A stretch of DNA of 32,000 nt. Origin: Nostoc sp. PCC 7120 = FACHB-418 (GTDB taxonomy: Bacteria; Cyanobacteriota; Cyanobacteriia; Cyanobacteriales; Nostocaceae). The DNA lies in contig NC_003272.1 of the NCBI RefSeq assembly GCF_000009705.1, positions 1,230,001 to 1,262,000 on the forward strand, given 5' to 3'. The translations under genes were made by a program, and so were the position numbers. The notes below the pieces were generated by a model, which searched no databases, was not told the origin of the DNA, and saw nothing but the letters and a program-made list of their open reading frames with translations. Shown here in pieces: positions 24,612-32,000 of the stretch. How positions within the stretch are numbered: the stretch's first letter is position 1; each line of letters starts with the position of its first letter.

Positions 24612-27494
24612 GTGACGGAAACTGGAAGTTACAAAGATACCGTAAATTTACCCAAGACCAATTTTGATATGCGGGCGAACGCCATTAAGCGGGAACCCGA
24701 AATCCAAAAGTTTTGGGAAGAAAATAAAATTTTTGAGAGCCTGTCGCAAAACAACCCAGGTGAATTATTTATACTGCACGATGGGCCTCCCTACGCTAAC
24801 GGCTCACTCCATATTGGTCATGCCTTAAATAAAATTCTCAAAGATATTATTAATCGTTACCAACTGCTGCAAGGTCGAAAGGTTCGCTATGTACCCGGTT
24901 GGGACTGTCACGGCTTACCAATTGAGTTGAAAGTTTTGCAAAATCTCAAGTCAGCAGAACGGCAAAATTTAACACCACTACAACTGCGGCAAAAGGCTAA
25001 AGAGTTTGCTTTGGCTACGGTTGATAACCAACGCCAAAATTTTAAACGTTATGGTGTTTGGGGTGACTGGGATAATCCATATCTGACGCTAAAGCCGGAA
25101 TATGAGGCGGCGCAGATTGGTGTATTTGGGCAGATGGTTTTAAAAGGCTACATTTATCGGGGTTTGAAGCCTGTTCACTGGAGTCCTAGTTCTAAGACGG
25201 CTTTGGCTGAGGCGGAATTGGAATATCCAGAAGGTCATACTTCCCGGAGTATCTATGCGGCTTTTCCTGTGACTAGTTTCGCTGAGGCGGCAAAACCTTT
25301 ATTAGGTGAGTATTTGCCTGATTTGGGTGTGGCTATCTGGACTACTACACCTTGGACAATTCCGGGGAATTTGGCGGTGGCTGTCAATGGCGACTTGAAT
25401 TATTCTTTGGTGGAAGTTTCGCGCATAGGCGCAGAGACGCAAAGTAATTTCAAGTATCTCATCGTGGCGGCCGATTTGGTAGAACGGTTGGCGGCGACTA
25501 TCTCGGCGCAGTTGACTGTGAAGGCGACTTTTAAAGGGAAGGAGTTGGAACATACTACTTACCGTCATCCTTTATTTGATAGAGAAAGTCCGGTGGTTGT
25601 GGGTGGTGATTACATCACAACTGAATCGGGTACTGGGTTGGTACATACTGCGCCCGGTCATGGTCAAGAAGACTATGTTGTGGGTCTGCGTTATGGGTTG
25701 CCAATTCTTGCACCTGTGGACGACAACGGCGACTTTACCCAAGAGGCGGGACAGTTTGCGGGGTTGAATGTGTTGGGTGAGGGAAATCAGGCGGTCATTG
25801 ATGCGTTGACTGCTGCGGGTTCCCTGTTGAAGGAGGAAGCTTATGCACACAAGTATCCTTATGATTGGCGGACGAAGAAGCCGACAATTTTCCGGGCGAC
25901 TGAACAGTGGTTTGCTTCGGTGGAGGGTTTCCGGGATGAGGCACTAAAGGCGATCGCTGCTGTAAAATGGATACCAGCCCAAGGTGAAAATCGCATCACG
26001 CCGATGGTGGCGGAACGTTCTGACTGGTGTATTTCTCGTCAGCGTTCTTGGGGTGTGCCGATTCCGGTATTCTACGATGAGGAAACCGGCGAACCTCTAC
26101 TAAATGAGGAAACTATCAACTATGTGCAAGCCATCATTGCCGAAAAAGGTTCTGATGCTTGGTGGGAGTTGTCGGTAGCGGAATTATTACCGGAGTCCTA
26201 CAGAAATAATGGTCGGTCTTACCGCAGAGGTACAGACACAATGGACGTATGGTTTGATTCTGGTTCTTCTTGGGCTTCTGTAGTTAAGCAGCGTCCAGAG
26301 TTACGCTACCCGGCTGATATGTATTTGGAAGGTTCCGACCAGCATCGCGGCTGGTTCCAGTCGAGTTTGTTGACTAGTGTGTCAGTAAATGGCATTGCAC
26401 CTTACAAAACTGTATTAACTCACGGCTTTGTTTTGGATGAACAAGGGCGGAAGATGAGTAAATCAGAAGGGAATGTAGTTGACCCGGCTATTATCATCAA
26501 TGGTGGTAAAGACCAGAAGAAAGAACCCCCCTATGGTGCAGATGTTATGCGGTTGTGGGCTTCTTCTGTAGATTACACCGGGGATGTGCGTTTGGGTGGC
26601 AATATCATCAAGCAACTCAACGATGTCAGAGGTAAGATTCGCAATACGGCGCGGTTCTTACTGGGTAGTTTGTATGACTTTGACCCAGAAAAAAACGCTG
26701 TACAGTTTGAAGAAATGCCGCAGTTAGATAAGTATATGCTGCACCGTATCCGTGAAGTGTTTGAGGAAGTGACAGAAGCTTTTGAAAGTTTCCAATTCTT
26801 CCGCTTCTTCCAAACGGTGCAGAATTTCTGCGTGGTAGATTTATCTAACTTCTACTTAGATGTTGCCAAGGATAGACTATATATCAGCGCCCCTGATGCT
26901 TTCCGCCGTCGCAGTTGTCAGACAGTGATACACATTGCTTTAGAGAATTTAGCACGAGCGATCGCACCTGTACTCTGTCACACGGCAGAAGATATCTGGC
27001 AATATCTCCCCTACAAAACACCCTACAAATCAGTGTTTGAAGCTGGTTGGGTGCAGGTAGAAGAAAAATGGCATAATCCAGAGTTGGCGGAATTTTGGCA
27101 ACAATTACGCCAGTTACGCACCGATGTTAACAAGGTGTTAGAACAAGCTAGGGTAGAGAAAATGATTGGTTCTTCCCTAGAAGCGAAAGCTTTGATTTAC
27201 GTCAAAGATGCCAACTCCCGCAAAGCCATCGCCACGTTAAATCCTGAAGTTGGTAACGGCGTGGATGAACTGCGTTATTTATTCTTGACATCCCAAGTAG
27301 AGTTATTAGATTCTGCTGACAAACTGCAAGATGGGAAATATACCTCCCAGTCTGATAGTTGGGGAATTGGGGTAGTGAATGCAGAGGGGCAAAAATGCGA
27401 TCGCTGTTGGAACTACTCCACCCATGTGGGAGAATCAGCAGAGCATCCCCTGTTATGTGAAAGATGCGTTCCTGCCTTAGCTGGTGAGTTTTAG
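24612..27494 (+). CDS. ileS: Isoleucine--tRNA ligase
   Basis: HIGH motif PYANGSLHIGHALNK, KMSKS motif RKMSKSEGN, C-terminal Zn motif CDRCWNY...CERC. The ORF is open from 24549, but the conserved N-terminus (V/M)TETGSYKDTVNLPKT begins at in-frame GTG 24612. Confidence 0.95.
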   Translation: MTETGSYKDTVNLPKTNFDMRANAIKREPEIQKFWEENKIFESLSQNNPGELFILHDGPPYANGSLHIGHALNKILKDIINRYQLLQGRKVRYVPGWDCHGLPIELKVLQNLKSAERQNLTPLQLRQKAKEFALATVDNQRQNFKRYGVWGDWDNPYLTLKPEYEAAQIGVFGQMVLKGYIYRGLKPVHWSPSSKTALAEAELEYPEGHTSRSIYAAFPVTSFAEAAKPLLGEYLPDLGVAIWTTTPWTIPGNLAVAVNGDLNYSLVEVSRIGAETQSNFKYLIVAADLVERLAATISAQLTVKATFKGKELEHTTYRHPLFDRESPVVVGGDYITTESGTGLVHTAPGHGQEDYVVGLRYGLPILAPVDDNGDFTQEAGQFAGLNVLGEGNQAVIDALTAAGSLLKEEAYAHKYPYDWRTKKPTIFRATEQWFASVEGFRDEALKAIAAVKWIPAQGENRITPMVAERSDWCISRQRSWGVPIPVFYDEETGEPLLNEETINYVQAIIAEKGSDAWWELSVAELLPESYRNNGRSYRRGTDTMDVWFDSGSSWASVVKQRPELRYPADMYLEGSDQHRGWFQSSLLTSVSVNGIAPYKTVLTHGFVLDEQGRKMSKSEGNVVDPAIIINGGKDQKKEPPYGADVMRLWASSVDYTGDVRLGGNIIKQLNDVRGKIRNTARFLLGSLYDFDPEKNAVQFEEMPQLDKYMLHRIREVFEEVTEAFESFQFFRFFQTVQNFCVVDLSNFYLDVAKDRLYISAPDAFRRRSCQTVIHIALENLARAIAPVLCHTAEDIWQYLPYKTPYKSVFEAGWVQVEEKWHNPELAEFWQQLRQLRTDVNKVLEQARVEKMIGSSLEAKALIYVKDANSRKAIATLNPEVGNGVDELRYLFLTSQVELLDSADKLQDGKYTSQSDSWGIGVVNAEGQKCDRCWNYSTHVGESAEHPLLCERCVPALAGEF

Positions 27495-27512
27495 AACAGG
27501 TTTAACATGAAT

Positions 27513-27540
27513 GTAGGGACGTTTTATTCAACGTCTCTAC
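27513..27540. repeat. GTAGRGACG...CGTCTCTAC family hairpin just after the ileS stop
   Basis: gtagggacgtt-ttattc-aacgtctctac (11-bp stem with one G.T pair), 19 nt after the ileS stop. It may act as a terminator or processing site, but no T-tract follows. Confidence 0.6.
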
Positions 27541-27560
27541 GTCAAAATTCAGATGGGATT

Positions 27561-28166
27561 ATGAACACGCAATCACCTGTAGCCACAGACATCTTAGGAA
27601 TGGTGCTGAAAATGCAACCAAACATAATCGTTAGTGACGAGCAATTGTTTGATTTCTGTCAAGTAAACCGTGATTTTCGCATTGAACGTAATCACTTTGG
27701 AGAATTATTGATTATGCCACCCACAGGCGCAGAAACAGATGAACGCAATTTTAATTTAATTGTCCAGTTAGGTATTTGGACAAAGCAAGATGGTACAGGT
27801 GTAGGTTTTGGTTCTAGCGGTGGTTTTACCTTACCTAACGGTGCAGTGCGTTCTCCTGATGCAGCCTGGATTAAAAAAGCCAGATGGGAAGCAATACCTG
27901 TAGAACAAAGAAAGAGATTTGCGCCTATTTGTCCTGAATTTGTAGTGGAACTGCGTTCAGAGACAGATAATTTGAAAACATTACAAGAAAAGATGGAAGA
28001 ATATATAGATAATGGTACAGAATTAGGTTGGTTAATAGATAGAAAACAACGTAAAGTATTTATTTATTGTCCCGATCAAGCTGTAAGAGAATTAGATAAT
28101 CCTTCCACATTAGGTGGTGAAGATACACTACCAGGATTTGTTTTAGATTTAAGTCAAATTTGGTAA
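27561..28166 (+). CDS. Uma2-family (DUF820) restriction-endonuclease-like protein
   Basis: Pattern ERNHFGELLIMPPTG...RSPDAAWI...PEFVVELRSETD...KMEEYIDNGTELGWLID is typical of the Uma2 family, which is expanded in cyanobacteria. ATG 27561 lies after the hairpin, and the ORF is open from 27507. Confidence 0.8.
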   Translation: MNTQSPVATDILGMVLKMQPNIIVSDEQLFDFCQVNRDFRIERNHFGELLIMPPTGAETDERNFNLIVQLGIWTKQDGTGVGFGSSGGFTLPNGAVRSPDAAWIKKARWEAIPVEQRKRFAPICPEFVVELRSETDNLKTLQEKMEEYIDNGTELGWLIDRKQRKVFIYCPDQAVRELDNPSTLGGEDTLPGFVLDLSQIW

Positions 28167-28220
28167 ATAATTAATAACATAATACCAATTTTAAAAAACA
28201 ATACGACAAATAAAGCATTT

Positions 28221-28244
28221 GTAGAGACGCGATGAATCGCGTCT
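28221..28244. repeat. GTAGAGACGCGA...TCGCGTCT hairpin between convergent genes (possible bidirectional terminator)
   Basis: agacgcga-tgaa-tcgcgtct, an 8-bp GC-rich stem (28225-28244) between the Uma2 and ParA 3' ends. Confidence 0.5.
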
Positions 28245-28346
28245 TATTCACCCAATGATGTGCTGCTAAAGTCGGTAATAGATAATTTTTACCATTACCT
28301 ATTACCAACTCCCAAGATTATGAGAAATGCTTAAGCAGACATAATA

Positions 28347-29231
28347 TTACAACTTCTGCAACAACTCCTGAGTCAACTGCAAAAATGCCTTAGAACCGGC
28401 TGACTGGGGTGCATTCAACACCGCCGGCATAAAACTATCTACCGCTTTCGCAACATTAATATCGACTGGGATTTGTGCCTTACAAATTTGTTCTACACCA
28501 AAATCTTCAACAACACGGTGCATTACTTGTTTGTAATATCTACCAGTTAGTAGATTAGTATTGCACATACTGAAAACAATTCCCAGCATTTTGATATTTA
28601 TCTTTGCTTCTTGTTCATGACTTTCTTTTAATTGACCAATACGTCTTTCTAAAAGTTGAATTCCTACCACAGATAAAGGTTCTGGCTTGGCAGGTAACAG
28701 GTAAAAATCACTAGCAGATAGGGCGCTACGTGTCATTAAATTATAACCAGGGGCGCAATCTAAAAGAATAAAATCATATTCGTCACGTACTGGTTTTAAG
28801 ATGTTATTAATCAAGACTCTTTCAAAGCGATTCCAAACGTTTTCAAAGTCTTGTTCACCTAAAGCAACTGTTTGTCTGTGCAACATTTCTGAAACGACAA
28901 ACTCATCATATAAGTCGATATCTCCTGGTAATAAATTTAGTCCGGGGAGATTACAGACGTTAGTTTGAATAATATCGTTGATTGTCAGCTTGCCGTTGGG
29001 GTCTGGATTAATAACATCATCGATTAGATATCTGAAAGTTAGTCTTTGTTTGCGGCGCTTGGCAAAATCTAAAGGTGACATCAGGCTGAGTGTGGCGCTG
29101 ATTTGCGTATCTAAATCCAGCACCAGCACCCGCTTACCATAATTTTTCGCCAAACAGGTGGCTAAGTTAACAGTGAGGGTAGTTTTCCCCACACCGCCTT
29201 TCATATTTGCTGTAGCAATTACATATCCCAT
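28347..29231 (-). CDS. ParA/MinD-family P-loop ATPase (orphan, no ParB partner nearby)
   Basis: Deviant Walker A at the N-terminus, MGYVIATANMKGGVGKTT. Walker B-like FILLDCAPG. The start is taken at the Met preceding the Walker A; the ORF is open to 29261. Confidence 0.85.
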   Translation of the reverse strand: MGYVIATANMKGGVGKTTLTVNLATCLAKNYGKRVLVLDLDTQISATLSLMSPLDFAKRRKQRLTFRYLIDDVINPDPNGKLTINDIIQTNVCNLPGLNLLPGDIDLYDEFVVSEMLHRQTVALGEQDFENVWNRFERVLINNILKPVRDEYDFILLDCAPGYNLMTRSALSASDFYLLPAKPEPLSVVGIQLLERRIGQLKESHEQEAKINIKMLGIVFSMCNTNLLTGRYYKQVMHRVVEDFGVEQICKAQIPVDINVAKAVDSFMPAVLNAPQSAGSKAFLQLTQELLQKL

Positions 29232-29371
29232 TTGTGATTTCCTCTGATGACGCGTTCCCATTTGGTAGCGTACACCCGTTCTGAATAATTGAATCTCCCG
29301 TTAAATTTTATATTTACTGTGGTACGCTTGCCAGTTGTCAGTTTTCGGCTTGCGGCTTTGCAGCTAGCCAA

Positions 29372-29435
29372 GTCTTGTAGACTTCGCAAGCGTCTCGTAG
29401 AGAGGAGAAACGACGTTCGCGCAGCGTGTCGTAGA
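29372..29435. repeat. Cluster of GTCTYGTAGA-type dispersed repeat motifs in the plmA-parA spacer
   Basis: gtcttgtagac, cgtctcgtagaga and cgtgtcgtagaca within 65 nt, plus a further gcgtctttggagag near 29550. Same motif family as 1296-1306. Confidence 0.55.
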
Positions 29436-29587
29436 CAAGCAATCGCAAAAACCACGGGATTATGTGATTACTATGCTGCGCTCGTAATGACAATTTAAGG
29501 GGCTATAACGCCTGAAACCCTTGTATATAGTATTTGTGTGTACACCGTAGGCGTCTTTGGAGAGGGGTTATTCCGAATTTATCGAAC

Positions 29588-30574
29588 TTACCCTAATCCT
29601 AGTTCTCGTTTGAGTAAGTTAATTGAGTTTGCGCCGATGTAATTATCTACCTTAATGAGTTTTGGTGGACGGATTATGTCTTCGGAGGCGGCTTGGACTG
29701 CGGCTTGCACGGTTGCATAACAGGCTTGGTCGCAGATAATCACTTCGGCGCGCTTGACGATCGCCTGCATTTTGTAATTATCTTTTGGTTGGGTAGTCAT
29801 GACTAATAACTCGTCACCCCGCAAGCCGTGGAGGATGACTTCTGCTTGGCGACCAATTCCAGAACTGAGGCTGACTATTCCTACACAATTATCTTTGGGT
29901 AGGTTTTTCAGCAGATTGATTTCTTTGTTGTAGTCGTAGATATCTAGAGGGATGACACGGATAGCTTTAGGGGCGGCGATCGCTTCCACATCGTTGATAA
30001 AATAGCGACTGGTAACAACTGTGGCTGAGGTGGTTTTATCCAGCACGGCGGCTAACTCATCTATCGCCACTATCTGCACGGGAATTTCTAGTTCTTCTTC
30101 TAACTCATAAGCCATTAACTCCCCCACACCCATATCTTGAGTGGGGGATGCTACCAGTACCCGCGCACTACAACGCAAGCGCCAGTCAATTTCTGCCAAA
30201 AAGATTTCTCTTGCTTGACTGAGTGAGTAGCCTTGTCCTAGTAATTCATCAAGTGCTTGTTGTAAAACTTTTGATGCTTCAGGATGTTGTGTGAGGATGG
30301 GCGATTGTAACCTACTACCGCCTTCATGACCTTGAGCGCGGACATAAATTCCTGAGCCTGCTAAACTTTCGACAAAACCGTCTTCCTCTAACTGACGATA
30401 GACTTTACTAATAATATTGCGATGTAACCCCGTTTGCATTGCCAAAGCCCTAGTGCTAGGCAATTTGTATGCAGGTGGATATTGCCGAGAAGCGATCGCA
30501 AACCTGAGTTGGTTAAATAGTTGGGTTGATGCGGGAATCTCACTATCTGGCTGAATACGGAATTGAATCATCAC
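29588..30574 (-). CDS. plmA: GntR-family transcriptional regulator, PlmA subfamily
   Basis: N-terminal winged HTH LPSTRALAMQTGLHRNIISKVYRQLEEDGFVESLAGSGIYV plus a long C-terminal domain, 328 aa. The symbol is from memory of All1076 (plasmid maintenance) in PCC 7120. Confidence 0.8.
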   Translation of the reverse strand: MMIQFRIQPDSEIPASTQLFNQLRFAIASRQYPPAYKLPSTRALAMQTGLHRNIISKVYRQLEEDGFVESLAGSGIYVRAQGHEGGSRLQSPILTQHPEASKVLQQALDELLGQGYSLSQAREIFLAEIDWRLRCSARVLVASPTQDMGVGELMAYELEEELEIPVQIVAIDELAAVLDKTTSATVVTSRYFINDVEAIAAPKAIRVIPLDIYDYNKEINLLKNLPKDNCVGIVSLSSGIGRQAEVILHGLRGDELLVMTTQPKDNYKMQAIVKRAEVIICDQACYATVQAAVQAASEDIIRPPKLIKVDNYIGANSINLLKRELGLG

Positions 30575-30772
30575 CCAAACTCCTGAATAAGCAATTCAAA
30601 ATTCAACATGAAGAACAACCAAGAACCCAAACATTTTGGCGATTTTATGTTGGGTATTTTCGGGTTTAAATTTCTTATGTGGTGACTATTGGTAGTTGAT
30701 ATTTTCATAGAAGTAGCCTAGTTATATCAAATAATTAGAGAAATTCACCACACAACGCGGGTAAAAATTATT

Positions 30773-31519
30773 ATGACTGAGCAAGTAGTTGCCACAGAAA
30801 CCGTTAACCTTTCGCAAGACAGTCTACAAATAGCTGCGTACTTAGCGCAGCCACAAGCACCAGGTTCCTACCCAGGAGTTGTAGTTTTACAGGAGATTTT
30901 TGGCGTTAACGGTCATATTCGGGACGTAACCGAACGGATTGCTAAGTTAGGGTATGTGGCGATCGCTCCGGCGCTATTCCAACGTCAAGCACCAGGCTTT
31001 GAAACTGGATACACACCCCAAGATATTGAAGTTGGTAGAGGTTACGCGATGCAAACCAAAGCATCAGAGTTACTAAACGATATTCAAGCAGCTATAGATT
31101 ATCTGAAAACTCTCCCCCAAGTGAAACAAAATGGCTTTGGTTGTATTGGCTTCTGCTTTGGGGGTCATGTAGCCTATCTTGCTGCCACTTTACCAGATAT
31201 CAAAGCGACTGCCTCCTTTTACGGTGCGGGAATTGCTACTCGTACATTTGGCGGCGGGAATCCTACTGTCACCCGTACACCAGAAATCAAAGGCACACTA
31301 TATGGCTTTTTTGGTACGGAAGATGCCAGTATTCCCCCAGAGCAAATAGACCAAATCGAGACAGAGTTAGAAAAATACAACATTTCTCATCGTGTGTTCC
31401 GCTACGATGGAGCTGATCACGGATTTTTCTGTGACCGTCGTGCCAGCTATAATCCTCAAGCAGCAGCTGATGCTTGGGAGCAGGTGCAACAACTATTTAA
31501 GACTGTGTTAACAACATAG
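30773..31519 (+). CDS. Dienelactone hydrolase family protein
   Basis: Alpha/beta-hydrolase pattern VVVLQEIFGVN, nucleophile elbow GFCFGG, C-terminal DHGF. Confidence 0.85.
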   Translation: MTEQVVATETVNLSQDSLQIAAYLAQPQAPGSYPGVVVLQEIFGVNGHIRDVTERIAKLGYVAIAPALFQRQAPGFETGYTPQDIEVGRGYAMQTKASELLNDIQAAIDYLKTLPQVKQNGFGCIGFCFGGHVAYLAATLPDIKATASFYGAGIATRTFGGGNPTVTRTPEIKGTLYGFFGTEDASIPPEQIDQIETELEKYNISHRVFRYDGADHGFFCDRRASYNPQAAADAWEQVQQLFKTVLTT

Positions 31520-31662
31520 GTTTAAAGACTCCAATTCCCATACCACCACCTTAAGCGGAGCCTTGTTCATTAAGAATTACGTAGCTTGCTTACCGTAGGG
31601 TATTACGAATTATCAATTCCCTTGGTTTCTAATAAAATAACAACAATTCAATTTCAATAGTC

Positions 31663-32000
31663 ATGAATTCCGAATCGAAACTATCTCAAAAAGCCAACTC
31701 GTCTTTCACAATGGACGACTTTGCCAAAGCACTAGAAAATCACGACTACCAGTTCCAAAAGGGGCAAGTTGTTTACGGCAAGGTTTTCCAACTTGATCCT
31801 GATGGCGCTTATGTTGATATTGGTGGCAAGTCGTCAGCTTATATCCCCCGCGATGAGGCTTCTTTGAGGGCAGTTAACGATTTAGCGGCAGTCCTGCCGT
31901 TGCATGAGGAGCTTGAGTTTATTATCATCCGTGAACAGGATGCAGAAGGTCAAGTAACTCTTTCTCGACGGCAGTTAGAAATAAATCATATCTGGGAAAA
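31663..32000 (+). CDS. 30S ribosomal protein S1 / S1-domain RNA-binding protein (5' partial, runs off the window)
   Basis: ATG 31663. The first S1 domain is GQVVYGKVFQLDPDGAYVDIGGKSSAYIPRDE. The frame is open to the window end. Confidence 0.8.
   Translation, partial: MNSESKLSQKANSSFTMDDFAKALENHDYQFQKGQVVYGKVFQLDPDGAYVDIGGKSSAYIPRDEASLRAVNDLAAVLPLHEELEFIIIREQDAEGQVTLSRRQLEINHIWE

Noticed and set aside
2338-25850. Remaining short antisense ORFs inside large genes (2338-2565, 5835-6059, 9001-9372, 9616-9801, 11165-11374, 11173-11355, 14663-14860, 17138-17332, 18246-18690 set, 21125-21313, 21548-21841, 22926-23120, 25302-25850 set; also 31141-31416)
   Set aside because: Each is embedded in, and mostly antisense to, a long ORF with strong family motifs, and none has recognisable domains. 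I treat them as shadow ORFs.
28347-29231. ParA-like ATPase as the carboxysome-positioning McdA
   Set aside because: There is no McdB-like gene downstream and no ccm/rbc genes nearby, and the Walker A is the classical KGGxGKT type. Function is left open.
29219-29498. ORFs 29219-29455 (-) and 29289-29498 (+) in the plmA-parA spacer
   Set aside because: They are opened by dispersed repeat motifs and are Arg/Ala-rich translations typical of those repeats. The minus-strand one only extends upstream of the true ParA start.

Overview
This window looks like chromosomal DNA from a heterocystous cyanobacterium. The HIP1 palindrome GCGATCGC recurs throughout (e.g. 290-297, 836-843, 950-957), and STRR heptamer arrays fill many spacers. 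From memory, the second GAF domain of the large MCP matches AnPixJ (All1069) of Nostoc/Anabaena sp. PCC 7120, so I read this as the all1058-alr1078 neighbourhood; that needs a BLAST check. Gene content in order: a small Cys-rich membrane protein; a GH65 glycoside phosphorylase fused to beta-phosphoglucomutase, just downstream of sucrose synthase; an unknown 150-aa protein; a YdeP/FdhF-type molybdoenzyme; MsrA; pirin; a zinc-ribbon SMI1/KNR4 (SUKH) protein; an LMW phosphatase; the phototaxis-type cluster pixG-pixH-pixI-pixJ-pixL; ileS; a Uma2 nuclease; an orphan ParA ATPase next to the GntR regulator plmA; dienelactone hydrolase; and the 5' end of an S1 protein gene. I see no CRISPR, tRNA/rRNA, intact transposase or recognisable defence operon. 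Most of what the gene list does not explain is small mobile or repeat DNA. There is a 1.87-kb TIR-bounded unit with flanking direct repeats that carries the SUKH gene. A roughly 180-bp MITE occurs in two copies, one of which supplies the stop codons of two convergent genes. An IS630 stump has a cognate TA-flanked MITE elsewhere in the window. A repeat-like 72-aa linker sits in frame inside the GH65-PGM protein. The most system-like functional hypotheses are a susB + GH65/beta-PGM glucosyl-sucrose catabolic pair and a plmA-parA module. Both are inferences, not demonstrated.
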